From the NCBI GenBank assembly GCA_963803705.1, contig CAWDNU010000004.1, forward strand, positions 512,001 through 576,000: a stretch of DNA of 64,000 nucleotides, in the 5' to 3' direction. The notes beneath the pieces are model-generated. The model was given only the letters and a program-made list of their open reading frames with translations, ran no database searches and had not been told where the DNA came from. The position numbers and the translations under genes are program-made. Origin of the DNA: an uncultured Pseudobdellovibrionaceae bacterium. Its GTDB lineage: Bacteria; Bdellovibrionota; Bdellovibrionia; Bdellovibrionales; UBA1609. This document shows, in pieces, positions 20,693 through 31,044 of this stretch (its first letter is position 1; the number at the start of each line of letters is the position of its first letter).

Positions 20693-21973
20693 ATGTCCTT
20701 ACGCATCCTACTGGCAGATGAAAGTTCAACTATTAAAAAGGCTTTTGAAATAGGCCTAAATAGTTATGGTGTTGAAATAAAAAATGTGCAGCATGGTATT
20801 GACGTCTTGGAAGTGGCTGAACATTTTAATCCAGATATAGTATTTGCTGACGTTTTGATTTCTAAGATGAACGGTTACGAAGTTTGCTCTCAGATCAAGC
20901 AGCACAAAGAACTCAGTCAAATTCCCGTTGTCCTCATGTGGTCAGGGTTTATGGATATTGATGAGGATAAATACTTCACCAGTCAGGCAAATGGTAAGTT
21001 AGAAAAGCCATTTTCAGCAGATCAACTTATGCATTTGATTCAGAGTTTAGTCCAAAAGCCAATTGGTGAGCGCCTAGCTGAAACTAGTTCTAAAGGATTT
21101 AGCAAAGCTGCCTCGTCAGATACACCACCACCACTGTCCCCACACTCATTAAGACCAAATTTGAAAGTAGCTGAAGAGCAAGTTAAGTCGATTAGCATTA
21201 CGGATGATCTTTTACTAAAAGGTGACTTAGAGTCAGAAGATAACGACTACAATTCGGATGATGGCGAAGAAGTTGAAGAATTTAGTTTGGACGAATTTAA
21301 AGCATTAGATCTTCATGACAGAGATGACGATTCAGATACATCTTCTGATTTTTCCGACGACTATAAAGAAATAACTGCCATTCCAACTCTAGAAGAAGAG
21401 CAACAGTTACTTCAAAAGCTTAATGAAGACACGGATATAAGGCACGGAATTAACCTAAGTGATTTAGATAAGGGTGATGGGCCATCTAATCCTAATTTTG
21501 ATATGAGTAGCTTAGCTGATGAGAGCTCGCCGGAGATAACAGATACAAGTGGAGTCTCGGAATTTAATCCTGCTCAGGACTTAAGCGATGTTTTTGGTGA
21601 AGAGTTAAATCCAGACAATCAAGATTTCAAAGACCTACTTTCGGATGATCAAGATTCGATCAGTCGCGATTCTAAAACTATCCACAGGAATGTGGACGAC
21701 ATTCATAATTCGGATATGGGTTTACTGCCATCAGCAGAAGGTCTGCCGTCTGACAGAGGTGAATCTGTAAGTAATCTAAGTACTCCTGAAAATAAAAGCA
21801 AATCGAATGCTAGTTTTGTACAACAACTTAGTAAAGACGAAATAAAAAAAATTGTCCAAGAGCAAGCCAAAGAAGTTATCCAGTCAATTGTCTGGGAGCT
21901 AGTGCCAGAGTTGTCAAAACAGATGATAGAAAAAGAAATTAAACGTCTACTTGCAGACTCTGACCCGAATTAA
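20693..21973 (+). CDS. romR: RomR-like polar response regulator
   Basis: N-terminal receiver (LLADESSTIKK), long acidic disordered linker, and C-terminal helix IVWELVPELSKQMIEKEIKRLL matching the RomR C-terminus. Confidence 0.85.
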   Translation: MSLRILLADESSTIKKAFEIGLNSYGVEIKNVQHGIDVLEVAEHFNPDIVFADVLISKMNGYEVCSQIKQHKELSQIPVVLMWSGFMDIDEDKYFTSQANGKLEKPFSADQLMHLIQSLVQKPIGERLAETSSKGFSKAASSDTPPPLSPHSLRPNLKVAEEQVKSISITDDLLLKGDLESEDNDYNSDDGEEVEEFSLDEFKALDLHDRDDDSDTSSDFSDDYKEITAIPTLEEEQQLLQKLNEDTDIRHGINLSDLDKGDGPSNPNFDMSSLADESSPEITDTSGVSEFNPAQDLSDVFGEELNPDNQDFKDLLSDDQDSISRDSKTIHRNVDDIHNSDMGLLPSAEGLPSDRGESVSNLSTPENKSKSNASFVQQLSKDEIKKIVQEQAKEVIQSIVWELVPELSKQMIEKEIKRLLADSDPN

Positions 21974-21976
21974 ATT

Positions 21977-22810
21977 ATGACCCCTGTTGAAATTGTTATT
22001 GCAGCACTGCAAGAAGACGCTCCAGCTGGAGATCTGACCACTAATTCGTTGATCGTCGATCTTGGTGTAGGTCAAGAAAAAACTATCGGATACTTTATAG
22101 CTAAACAAAATTTAATTTTAAGTGGTATTCAGTTCCTAAAAATTGTAGCCGAATTAAATTTAGATATCGATGTTGAAACTTTTTATGACGACGGTACATT
22201 CGTAAAAACGGGTCAAAAAATTGCCCAATTTTACGGGCCATGGAATAAGTTGGTTTTAGTCGAGCGCACAGTTTTAAATATTTTAGGTCGACTTAGTGGA
22301 ATCGCAACTCTGACTAATAGCTATGTTAAAAGTGTTAAACACACAAAGTGTAGAATTTTGGACACACGCAAAACCACCCCGCTTTACCGCATGTACGAAA
22401 AAAAGGCTGTAATCCATGGCGGAGGTATTAATCATAGACTTGATCTATCAACTGAAATAATGCTTAAAGAAAACCACATTTGCAGAATCAAGGGTTCGCT
22501 AGCTTTAGGCCTTACCCAGTTAAGAGAAAAACATCCGCGAACCAAAATCACGGTTGAATGTCAAAATCTAGATCAAGTTAAATATGTAAGCAATGCACCT
22601 ATTGATCAAATACTTCTAGATAACATGAATATTGAAAATACCAAAGAAGCCTTAAAGTTGATTTCAAATAATATAAAGACTGAGGCCAGTGGCAACATGA
22701 ATTTACAGCGGGTGGGATCGGTAGCTGAAACAGGGGTAGACTTCATTAGTGTCGGTGCACTGACTCACTCGGTGAATTGCTCGGACGTAAGTTTTCTTCT
22801 AGAGCCTTAG
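21977..22810 (+). CDS. nadC: Quinolinate phosphoribosyltransferase
   Basis: LDTRKTTP, NHRLDLS, ILLDNM, EASGN and ISVGALTHS. Confidence 0.95.
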   Translation: MTPVEIVIAALQEDAPAGDLTTNSLIVDLGVGQEKTIGYFIAKQNLILSGIQFLKIVAELNLDIDVETFYDDGTFVKTGQKIAQFYGPWNKLVLVERTVLNILGRLSGIATLTNSYVKSVKHTKCRILDTRKTTPLYRMYEKKAVIHGGGINHRLDLSTEIMLKENHICRIKGSLALGLTQLREKHPRTKITVECQNLDQVKYVSNAPIDQILLDNMNIENTKEALKLISNNIKTEASGNMNLQRVGSVAETGVDFISVGALTHSVNCSDVSFLLEP

Positions 22811-22919
22811 TCTGCAGGTAACTATTAAATTTAGCTGTGTTCGAGTCTTTCTAGCGCTTAGGTTCATTATAGTGTAATTTAAAGTTTTTCATAAATCTGT
22901 AAAACTTTAAGGGGGTATA

Positions 22920-23630
22920 ATGTTAGATGTTGGAAAAACTACATTTGAATGGGCAAAGTCTATTGATTTAAGTTCCTGGTTCGAACAAGAAACCACAAGT
23001 ACTAATGATATTGCAAAACTTGAAGGTTTTAAGAATGAAACAAGCTGGGTTTTTATAACAAACGCTCAAACTAATGGTCGCGGTCGAAATAAAAACACGT
23101 GGTCCAATGCAACTGCAGGTGATCAACTTTTAGCGACTTGGTGCTTCAAACTGACTGTAGCTCCCCAACCTATTTCTTCGCCAATTTTTGGATGGGCAGT
23201 TTACAAGTCTCTTAACGACGAATTTGACTTAGGCTTAAGTATTAAAGCTCCAAATGACATCTATGTAAATTTAAAAAAAGTAGGCGGAATACTTTTGGAG
23301 TCAATCACCCAAGGTGAAAGCCATTTTATCTGTGTAGGGATCGGCTTGAACGTAAACAGTTCTCCTGGTGATATCTCTGAATCATCAAGTTTGATGCAAG
23401 AAATTGGCGCCGAAGTTAAAGCTAGCAGATGGCACAGATTGTTAAGTGCACTTAACAAAAATTTGATGGAAGCGTCCCATATGTGTCAGTCTAAGGAAAT
23501 ACCATCTGTTTACAGAAGAGAAATTCTATCGGCACTTAAAAAGTGGCCCAATAATAATGTATCGAATTTCCTATCTAATGGCGACCTTGTTATAGATGAT
23601 GGGCAGAAGATTCCTTGGAGCGAACTCTAA
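22920..23630 (+). CDS. birA: Biotin-protein ligase (no HTH domain)
   Basis: STND, QTNGRGR, IKAPNDI and KKVGGILLE. Confidence 0.9.
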   Translation: MLDVGKTTFEWAKSIDLSSWFEQETTSTNDIAKLEGFKNETSWVFITNAQTNGRGRNKNTWSNATAGDQLLATWCFKLTVAPQPISSPIFGWAVYKSLNDEFDLGLSIKAPNDIYVNLKKVGGILLESITQGESHFICVGIGLNVNSSPGDISESSSLMQEIGAEVKASRWHRLLSALNKNLMEASHMCQSKEIPSVYRREILSALKKWPNNNVSNFLSNGDLVIDDGQKIPWSEL

Positions 23631-23632
23631 AG

Positions 23633-24193
23633 ATGAAATGGGTGGGTGGCACTATTGCTGGAGTCTTTCTAGGGCTTTTTTTGATGGTAGGTTACATATT
23701 TTTCAAAAGCGGATCTTTTAAGAAAGTAGTTGTTAGCAAGGTATCCGCAGGGCCATTTATAGCAATGTATCAATTTCGTTTGGGGCCCTACCATGAAAGT
23801 GCCGAAACGCTTTTTAAAGTTGAAAAAATTTTGAAAAAATTTGATCTACTTTGTAGCAGAAGCTTTGGACTATATCTTGATAATCCAAATGAAGTTGATG
23901 AGCCTAGGTTAAGAAGCGAGTTGGGGTGCTTATTCGACCAAAAATATAAAAAACAATTAGAAAATGCTGTTACCGAATCAAAGGCGGATTTAAAAATTAA
24001 GTTTATAGACTCTAAAAACTACATTGTTGGAGTCTTTGAAGGGTCGCCGGCCCTGGTTTCGCTAAAAGTGTATCCAAAACTAAAGCAGTGGGCTAAAGAA
24101 AACAGATATAAACTTAAACAGGAAGTTCTTGAAATTTACGAGGTGAAATCATCCACTAAAGTTAAGACGTCAGTCTTCTTCGAGATCATTTAA
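23633..24193 (+). CDS. Membrane-anchored GyrI-like small-molecule-binding protein
   Basis: N-terminal TM; GPY, FGLYLDNP..V...LRSELGC and LEIY. Confidence 0.75.
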   Translation: MKWVGGTIAGVFLGLFLMVGYIFFKSGSFKKVVVSKVSAGPFIAMYQFRLGPYHESAETLFKVEKILKKFDLLCSRSFGLYLDNPNEVDEPRLRSELGCLFDQKYKKQLENAVTESKADLKIKFIDSKNYIVGVFEGSPALVSLKVYPKLKQWAKENRYKLKQEVLEIYEVKSSTKVKTSVFFEII

Positions 24194-24232
24194 GTCTAAA
24201 TTTTTTTTTGTTGTTTAGTGCATTCAAAAGCG

Positions 24233-25129
24233 TTAAAAAATTAGGCTTATCAAGATTGATCCTGAACTCCTACCCGAGAAGTTATGTTCCCGGTTAAAAA
24301 GATGTGTGTAGTTCACCGAATACTCTAGTTCATTAGGCAAAACCATGTGGGTAAACGATGGACCAACTGAAATATTATTTAATCTAAAGTTTTCTTCATT
24401 ATTTGAACTCAGGATTAATGATTGGTTTAAGGTCATCTCTTCGTTAATTTGGTAATGAACTGTGTAACCTTGAAGAGTGGATAACAAATTTTCAGCATCC
24501 TGATATTCCTCTTCTAAAACTAGTGACTGCGCCCAATTACCCCAAAAGACTTTTCGAAGTGTAAAGCTTAAAAACTGGCCGGTGCCTTTGTCGGAATCAG
24601 CAAAAAATTCTATACGAGTGATTAGATCGTAGTTACCTCTTTCTGCTCTGCTACCTAGGCGCAAGTTATAGTAAGTTGCAATTGGATCTGCTATTTTAAT
24701 TCGAGGCTGAAAAGAAATGTCGAAACTCCCAACTTTCTGCAGAAAAGACAGTGTTGCACCATAGTTATCTCTAGCATCATCCCGAAACTGTCTTCGGGAA
24801 TAACCACTTCGTCGCACTTCGTTTCTATTATAATTCGAAAACATTATTTTATATTTTTTTTCAACATTTGGAAGAGCCAAATCTAAGTCAAAGTCTAGTC
24901 TGTACTTAATAGCTTCATTCTCAACAAAAAAAACTTCTTGAGAGACAATTGCTCTAGAATCTTCATTCGTATTAGTATACTTAGCTCCAGATAATGCTAA
25001 ATCCAAACTGCGAGCTTGCCGGTCAATCCACGATGAAAAATCCTTATTAAACTCAAACACTTTTTCATTGGCTAAGGCAGTTCGATGCAGACATAATACT
25101 GATATGAAGGTTTTTAAGAACAATCTCAT
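24233..25129 (-). CDS. Secreted/outer-membrane hypothetical protein (probable beta-barrel)
   Basis: Signal peptide, beta-rich sequence, C-terminal Phe. Confidence 0.55.
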   Translation of the reverse strand: MRLFLKTFISVLCLHRTALANEKVFEFNKDFSSWIDRQARSLDLALSGAKYTNTNEDSRAIVSQEVFFVENEAIKYRLDFDLDLALPNVEKKYKIMFSNYNRNEVRRSGYSRRQFRDDARDNYGATLSFLQKVGSFDISFQPRIKIADPIATYYNLRLGSRAERGNYDLITRIEFFADSDKGTGQFLSFTLRKVFWGNWAQSLVLEEEYQDAENLLSTLQGYTVHYQINEEMTLNQSLILSSNNEENFRLNNISVGPSFTHMVLPNELEYSVNYTHLFNREHNFSGRSSGSILISLIF

Positions 25130-25763
25130 TGGTTTTGGTATATCAAAGCCTCTATTTTATGGTAACTTTATTTCTATTGTCTTATGCTTTTCATTTTTTT
25201 CAATTAAAACTTTAGCTTACGTACCAGAAGTTGGGCGGGTATCAGCTTCCACTGGCCCTTTTCTTTTTAATTCAGATAGTAATACAAGTAACAGTAATTT
25301 CTACCCTAACCCACGCCTTGGTTACTCTTTAATTGCTGAAGCTATATTTGCTAAAAACTCGGGACTTGAAATAGGATTTTTTTATCTACAAAAACCCTAT
25401 TTTAGAAATGACGGCCCAAACTTTCTAATTCAAAAAACTACACGTATGTACATTACAACTGGATATAGGTACTGGTGGGGCCCCTACTTTTCAACAGCCT
25501 TGGGAATTTTTTCATCATTTACCATGGGTGATGCTAAAAATTTAGATCAATCCTCTGCCTTGCCTGCAGATTTTAAAACCTCAGCCGAAACAATTACAAA
25601 TTACGGGGCTGATGTCTCTTTTAGGTTTGAGTATGAGATAGATCAAAAAAACGGCCTTAATCTAGATATGCGGTACTCTTACAGCTGGACAAAATTAAGC
25701 TCTGAGAAAGCTGACCACGTGCTTGTTGGACTTTTTTACAGGCGAAAAATAGATATCAAGTAA
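25068..25763 (+). CDS. Outer-membrane beta-barrel protein
   Basis: Hydrophobic signal ending TLA; amphipathic strands. Start is uncertain because it overlaps the divergent gene. Confidence 0.55.
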   Translation: MAKAVRCRHNTDMKVFKNNLIGFGISKPLFYGNFISIVLCFSFFSIKTLAYVPEVGRVSASTGPFLFNSDSNTSNSNFYPNPRLGYSLIAEAIFAKNSGLEIGFFYLQKPYFRNDGPNFLIQKTTRMYITTGYRYWWGPYFSTALGIFSSFTMGDAKNLDQSSALPADFKTSAETITNYGADVSFRFEYEIDQKNGLNLDMRYSYSWTKLSSEKADHVLVGLFYRRKIDIK

Positions 25764-25817
25764 ATTTGAAAATTTAAATTTAGTGATTCAGTTAGTAGCA
25801 GTTTATCGTGCTGTGAC

Positions 25818-26840
25818 CTAATGTGCTTTAGTCTTATATTTTTCTAAAAGTCCGATGAACACAAGTGTGATGACAGGTCCAATAATTACACCTATCGGTC
25901 CCATAATTATCAAGCTACCGATAGTAGAGATTAGGCCTGCCAACGGATGAAGACTATCGTAACGATTTAAAAACCATGCCCTGATGACGTTATCACTCAA
26001 ACCAGCAACAACCCCGGCGGTTACGGCTATAAACATTCCCACTGTGTTATTATGGTAATAACTGTGAATAAATAAACCTAAACTTATGGGGAAGGTTCCA
26101 ACCAATGGAATTTGGGCCACAAAGAAGGTAAGAAAAAAAATAGTAAAGAAAAAATGAAGACCTAGAAATAAAGACGTCACGGAAAGTATTGCCGCCTGAG
26201 CAAAACCTGTGAAAAGAGCTGCATACAAAGTGGACTGACAAGCCTTTTGGGTAATTCTGACAAGCTCTGAAAGCTCATCTTTACTAATAAAGTCTAAGCT
26301 TTTTACAAAATTATAAAATAAATTAGAATCAGAAATGAAGTAAAATAAACTTGCAGAAAAGAAAAATAGTCCCAAAAAAAACATTGGCAGGCCCATAAAA
26401 AAACTAGAAACGAAATTTAAGACTGGTCTTACAGATCTTTGTATAGCTCTTTTTAAGTATTTTTTTGAATTACTTTTAGAAGAGAGTTTATCTGCAACAG
26501 GAATCGTCACGTAAACTTTATCCACAAATACATCTAATGTTCTAACAATTTGAGATTTGCTAATATCTTTTGATATTTCTTTACCTTCAGAAAAAAAGCT
26601 CAAAAACGACAAGATAAATGGTGAGAGCACTAATATCAAAGAGCTTAGAATAATGTAAACCGAAAGGGTTTTATTGATATGAAACTTTTTGATCAGTATC
26701 TTGTTTTGAATAGGTTTAATGGTGAAGGCCAGCACCGCTGCAAAAGAAATCCAACCAACAAAGGGCAAGCAAAAAGATAGCGCAGTCAGTCCAGTAAGTA
26801 TGATTAAAACTAATTGTAAATTTTTTTTTATGAAGCTCAT
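25818..26840 (-). CDS. AI-2E family transporter
   Basis: Multi-TM; IPLVGT, DNVIRAW..LHPL and GPIGVIIGP. Confidence 0.85.
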   Translation of the reverse strand: MSFIKKNLQLVLIILTGLTALSFCLPFVGWISFAAVLAFTIKPIQNKILIKKFHINKTLSVYIILSSLILVLSPFILSFLSFFSEGKEISKDISKSQIVRTLDVFVDKVYVTIPVADKLSSKSNSKKYLKRAIQRSVRPVLNFVSSFFMGLPMFFLGLFFFSASLFYFISDSNLFYNFVKSLDFISKDELSELVRITQKACQSTLYAALFTGFAQAAILSVTSLFLGLHFFFTIFFLTFFVAQIPLVGTFPISLGLFIHSYYHNNTVGMFIAVTAGVVAGLSDNVIRAWFLNRYDSLHPLAGLISTIGSLIIMGPIGVIIGPVITLVFIGLLEKYKTKAH

Positions 26841-26963
26841 AGTGCCCCCAATAGATGTTTCAATTTTTTGTGAGAAGAATATTAGTTAATTTGTTTTAAG
26901 CAATTTATTACAACACTAACTTTGACTGAATAGATGTAGAATCAAACCATCATAATGGTCGAC

Positions 26964-27260
26964 CTAAGCTTGGTCCGCCTTTAGCTGCAAGTAGATTTTA
27001 GCCTCTTCCACCATTTCTCTGCAGTTTTCCAAATCCTGAGCTTTGGCAAACTTTTCAAGTTTTTGCGCTATCTCCTCTAATTTAATAAAACCATAGGGGC
27101 GCGAAAAACCTTTCCAATTATGTGCCAAATCAGCAATCGCCATAAATTCAGATCCTGCAATGTGGGATGACAGTCTGTCGATATCTTGAAGTCTGCTTTC
27201 CAAGAATTCACCAACAAAAGCTTCAAGGCCCTCTTCGGGCTTTTCATTTAAAATTTTCAT
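26964..27260 (-). CDS. Hpt domain protein
   Basis: LAHNWKGFSRPYGF..L..IAQKLE matches the Hpt pattern. Confidence 0.75.
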   Translation of the reverse strand: MKILNEKPEEGLEAFVGEFLESRLQDIDRLSSHIAGSEFMAIADLAHNWKGFSRPYGFIKLEEIAQKLEKFAKAQDLENCREMVEEAKIYLQLKADQA

Positions 27261-27345
27261 TTGCCGAATTTATTGATGTAATTATCAAAAGTCACTGCTA
27301 AACTTGCATGAATCAAATTTAACAAAAAAAAATGGGATTATTAAT

Positions 27346-28041
27346 ATGAGCAAACTACTTTTGGTTGAAGACAGTAAAGAAATCTATGTGATGGTAAATC
27401 AAGCGATAGGCTCGCTTTACGACTTGAAGTGGGTTCAAACAATCGAAGAGGCTAAAGTGCTTTTGAACACAAATGGCTTCATTCTAATTCTTCTAGATAT
27501 CGAGCTTCCTGATGGCAATGGTGTTGAATTTTGCTCTAAATTGACAGCAGAAAACCCTAACCAAGCAATTTTCTTGCTCACTTCACACAATGATTTATCT
27601 GAAAAGGTTTTAGGATTTAGCGCTGGTGCTGATGATTACATTACTAAGCCTTTTCAAACCTTAGAGTTAAAAGCCAGAGTTGAGGCGAAGGTTAATAAGA
27701 TTAGTAGCCAAAGCAAGCTAACCGCAATATCCAAGTGGAAGGCGCTTGAAATTGATAAGAATAGGCAATCCGTTCGCGTTTTAGAGGAAGAAAAGTTCGT
27801 TGACATTGATTTAACTCATATAGAGTTTAAGCTTTTGACCTACATGGCAGATCGAGCAGAAAATGTTATACCTAGAGATGAGATTTTAAATGAGATTTGG
27901 GGTAAGGATGTTTACGTTTATTCCAGGTCAGTGGACACCCATGTTAGTAAATTGCGAAAAAAACTTGGTTCCGCGTCAACTTATATTAAGTCAATACACG
28001 GCACCGGGTATAAATTTTCAGAACCTACAGCGAAGAATTGA
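27346..28041 (+). CDS. OmpR-family response regulator
   Basis: Receiver (LLDIELPDG, GADDYITKPF) plus winged helix (RSVDTHVSKLRKKL..GTGY). Confidence 0.93.
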   Translation: MSKLLLVEDSKEIYVMVNQAIGSLYDLKWVQTIEEAKVLLNTNGFILILLDIELPDGNGVEFCSKLTAENPNQAIFLLTSHNDLSEKVLGFSAGADDYITKPFQTLELKARVEAKVNKISSQSKLTAISKWKALEIDKNRQSVRVLEEEKFVDIDLTHIEFKLLTYMADRAENVIPRDEILNEIWGKDVYVYSRSVDTHVSKLRKKLGSASTYIKSIHGTGYKFSEPTAKN

Positions 28042-28103
28042 GCATATTTGGTTGGTGTGAGACGTTTAACAAACTTAGGCTGCAAACTGTGTTATATTGA
28101 ATT

Positions 28104-28652
28104 GTGTTAGTTATTACACATAGCCTAGGATTCCACTTGAACACAGAAATTACAGATTCGATTTTACTTGAACCTACACGGTTGAAGCACTTAGTACATG
28201 GTTCACTACTCAGTAATCTGAAAAGTACTGCACTTACCGATGAGGGATTCTTAAATAGTATGACAGTTCTTCGTGTTGTCTTTTATGAGCATCTTAGCCT
28301 TAGGCGAAGTAGCGACGATCTTAGTGCTAAGCTATACAACTTTCTATTGTCCATTGATTTTTCAGATAGTATCCCAAACTTGAAGCGAAGCGAACAATGT
28401 GATGTCGAACTTAAAAGTTATGATTATGTGATCTTAAATTTGTTGAAACTTGCCTACAAAGCTCACCCCAAGAGCCTTCATAGTTATTTGTCGGTTGAGC
28501 CTTTCGGAATTGAAAGGTTTGGCGAATTTCTAAATGAATCGATGAAGGCTTTAGTTTTGAGTGTTCCCTACAACAGCAAATCAAAATTTGTGACTTTTAC
28601 AAGTATGACCTATCTGCATATTGCCAAAATTTGCAGAACAACTATGAATTAG
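28104..28652 (+). CDS. Hypothetical protein
   Basis: 182-codon ORF co-oriented between the regulator and crp; no recognised motif. Confidence 0.4.
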   Translation: MLVITHSLGFHLNTEITDSILLEPTRLKHLVHGSLLSNLKSTALTDEGFLNSMTVLRVVFYEHLSLRRSSDDLSAKLYNFLLSIDFSDSIPNLKRSEQCDVELKSYDYVILNLLKLAYKAHPKSLHSYLSVEPFGIERFGEFLNESMKALVLSVPYNSKSKFVTFTSMTYLHIAKICRTTMN

Positions 28653-28742
28653 TGATCCCACCGGTAATTATCGGGCCTCGGGGTGGTCTTTAAATTTTTG
28701 CTGTTATAAGCTATAAGCTCTAAAACATAACGGGGTCACAAA

Positions 28743-29423
28743 TTGAAGTCTTACTATTTTGCTAAGCTGTTAAGGCCTGAACTTACTGACAAGGTTAAAG
28801 CTTTCAAACCCAGAAGTTTTATCGCGCGCAGTGGGGATCAGACGGAATTTTGTTATCTAATCGAGAGTGGTTTAGTCAAAGTGTCTGAAGTCACGGATCA
28901 AGGCCACAAGCGCACCCTTCTTATACTTAAGAAGGGCGACTGCATGCCGCTAATTTGGGCCTTTGATCATCCGGGCAAGGTTGTTTACGACTATGAGTGC
29001 TTAACTGAAGTTGAAAGTTCAACTATAAGACTTAGCGATTTGAAGGCTCAACTGGCTGAAGATCCGAACCTATCTAAAAGGTGCCTAGAATATTTCGTGC
29101 ACATATGCTGGGATCTGTTGGAAAGAGTTAAATGTCTTCAAATGCCCTACACCCACGAAAAGATAGTCAGGCTCCTTCCCTATCTGTGTGCCAAAGTAGG
29201 CAACAAAGTTGGGTATAATGTATACTCTATTCCTGCGGTTATAACCCAAGATGAAATGGCGCAGCTTCTGGGAACTGCCAGGGAGTCTATTTCAATTCAT
29301 CTAAAAAAATTAAGAAATGGTAATATTATAGTGCAATCGACGGGCTCGCTAACCCTAAATTTAAACGAAGTACCAGATGAATATATTCATAAACAGTGGT
29401 TCATGGAGCACGAAGAACATTAA
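28743..29423 (+). CDS. Crp/Fnr family transcriptional regulator
   Basis: cNMP-binding fold (YLIESGLVKV) and HTH TQDEMAQLLGTARESISIHLKKL. Confidence 0.9.
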   Translation: MKSYYFAKLLRPELTDKVKAFKPRSFIARSGDQTEFCYLIESGLVKVSEVTDQGHKRTLLILKKGDCMPLIWAFDHPGKVVYDYECLTEVESSTIRLSDLKAQLAEDPNLSKRCLEYFVHICWDLLERVKCLQMPYTHEKIVRLLPYLCAKVGNKVGYNVYSIPAVITQDEMAQLLGTARESISIHLKKLRNGNIIVQSTGSLTLNLNEVPDEYIHKQWFMEHEEH

Positions 29424-29437
29424 ATTTATGCAGCCGA

Positions 29438-29893
29438 CTAGTAACGGCTAATTTTATCTGACATATTTTTCTTATATTTTTTACCTAAATCGATCTTCTC
29501 TTTCTCATTTAACTCCTTGCCTGCTATCTGAAAAAACTCATGCTCTTCTTCTTCCAAATGATGCTTAACCTTTTCGTCTAATTTTTTAGCGGCTGGTAAC
29601 CAGCTTCTGGATTTCTGATCAATTTTACCTAGTTCATCCAATAGATCGTCGATATCCTTATGTTCAGAAATACCATGCCTAGCCTTATCTTGTGTCAAGT
29701 CTGATTCTATAAGCCGATTATAGAAAAATCTTTCTTCATATTTAGCATGCTCGTCAAGTTCGAGCTTTAAATTCTGGAAAATTCTTATTCTATCTTCAGA
29801 ATTTGCGTCAGTTTCGACCAAGTTTTCTAAAAGTTTTCGTTGTACATCATGGTCGTCTCTTAGCCTGTCAAAAATTGTTTTGTCTTTGCTCAT
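29438..29893 (-). CDS. Hemerythrin/HHE domain protein
   Basis: DH, HAKYEE, EH and HHLEEEE motifs; GGAG before ATG 29893. Confidence 0.88.
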   Translation of the reverse strand: MSKDKTIFDRLRDDHDVQRKLLENLVETDANSEDRIRIFQNLKLELDEHAKYEERFFYNRLIESDLTQDKARHGISEHKDIDDLLDELGKIDQKSRSWLPAAKKLDEKVKHHLEEEEHEFFQIAGKELNEKEKIDLGKKYKKNMSDKISRY

Positions 29894-30007
29894 TTTTTCT
29901 CCTTCCGGCCTGCAACCTAAGCTACGGCTCAAATTATTTAATTATTAAGCCTTGTAGTTCTGCAGAAAGTGCCATTGCGATTGATCTAAAAAAATAGACG
30001 AAATCTG

Positions 30008-30262
30008 TTAGTGCTTTCTATTTAGAAAAACTAGGTTAGAAATTAAGATTAACGCCGTTGCGCCCAAAATAACTGCAAGCAAACCCGCCGGCTCATTACC
30101 TTGATAATAGCCAGTTAATCTACCAGAAATCAAAGTCACAAGTGAACCGCATGCACCAACCAAAGCAGATATCCGTAGACCTAAAGTTTCGTTATTTGAA
30201 GCTACAAATTCATAAAGAAATCCAAGTAAACTACCTATCGAAATGGTATAAACCCATATCAC
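30008..30262 (-). CDS. GlsB/YeaQ/YmgE-like stress membrane protein
   Basis: Three TM segments; G..GSLV...GR..GYYQ..EPAGLLAVILGA. Confidence 0.7.
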   Translation of the reverse strand: MIWVYTISIGSLLGFLYEFVASNNETLGLRISALVGACGSLVTLISGRLTGYYQGNEPAGLLAVILGATALILISNLVFLNRKH

Positions 30263-30672
30263 TGCAGGCCTTTGCTATCTACCATTTTCCGTTGTTCTTT
30301 AGCTAACTCATCTACCCAATGTCTTGTAAAAACTTCCAATGGATTCGAAACATTTTTAACTCTATTAATCACATTAAGCTTGTTGGTCATATAAGAGCGA
30401 ACTCGAATGACAAGGTATATACCCATTCCTAAAAAAAGAAAAGAAAAGACTAATACCAAGAAATATGGAAGGTCTTTAAAATAACGGTCGATAGTTAGAA
30501 TCAAAAAGATCAAGGAAGCCATAAAAACCAAAGGCGTATAGCTGATCAGCACCAAATTCACGATAAAATTTTTGAATTCAACAATAAATGTACTTTTGGC
30601 CTTAACCGCAACCTTACTAAAAATCGAAGAAATAAGTTTGGCTTTCAAATAACTCTTAAATATACCAAACAT
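30259..30672 (-). CDS. Two-TM membrane protein (YqjE/holin-like position)
   Basis: Two hydrophobic helices; directly downstream of the DUF883 gene. Confidence 0.5.
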   Translation of the reverse strand: MFGIFKSYLKAKLISSIFSKVAVKAKSTFIVEFKNFIVNLVLISYTPLVFMASLIFLILTIDRYFKDLPYFLVLVFSFLFLGMGIYLVIRVRSYMTNKLNVINRVKNVSNPLEVFTRHWVDELAKEQRKMVDSKGLQ

Positions 30673-30714
30673 ACGATTTCTCCGATCATTAAAATTAAAT
30701 GCTAATACTTAATT

Positions 30715-31005
30715 TTACTCTTCATCCTTTCTGCTTGGTCTGCCTAAAATATAACCAGCAGCTAAACCGATCAGCGTAGCACCGACAGCTGAATGTAGCG
30801 GATACCTTTTAACGAAATCTACCGACTGAGTAGCAAACTTAGAACTTGCAGACTTAAGCTTTTCTGTCGCAAATTCCACTCTTTCTGTCAAATTCTCGAT
30901 CGTTTTTTCTGCCTCATTGATAAAGTAGTCAGCTTGTTTACCGGCATTGTTGATGTTCTCATTCACTGCATTTTTTACTGTTGATGTTTTCATTCTATCC
31001 TCCAT
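30715..31005 (-). CDS. DUF883 family (ElaB/YqjD-like) tail-anchored protein
   Basis: FVKRYPLHSAVGATLIGLAAGYILGR C-terminus. Confidence 0.8.
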   Translation of the reverse strand: MEDRMKTSTVKNAVNENINNAGKQADYFINEAEKTIENLTERVEFATEKLKSASSKFATQSVDFVKRYPLHSAVGATLIGLAAGYILGRPSRKDEE

Positions 31006-31044
31006 TAGATAGTTGTTAATTACTTCATTTATTAAAAATTTATG

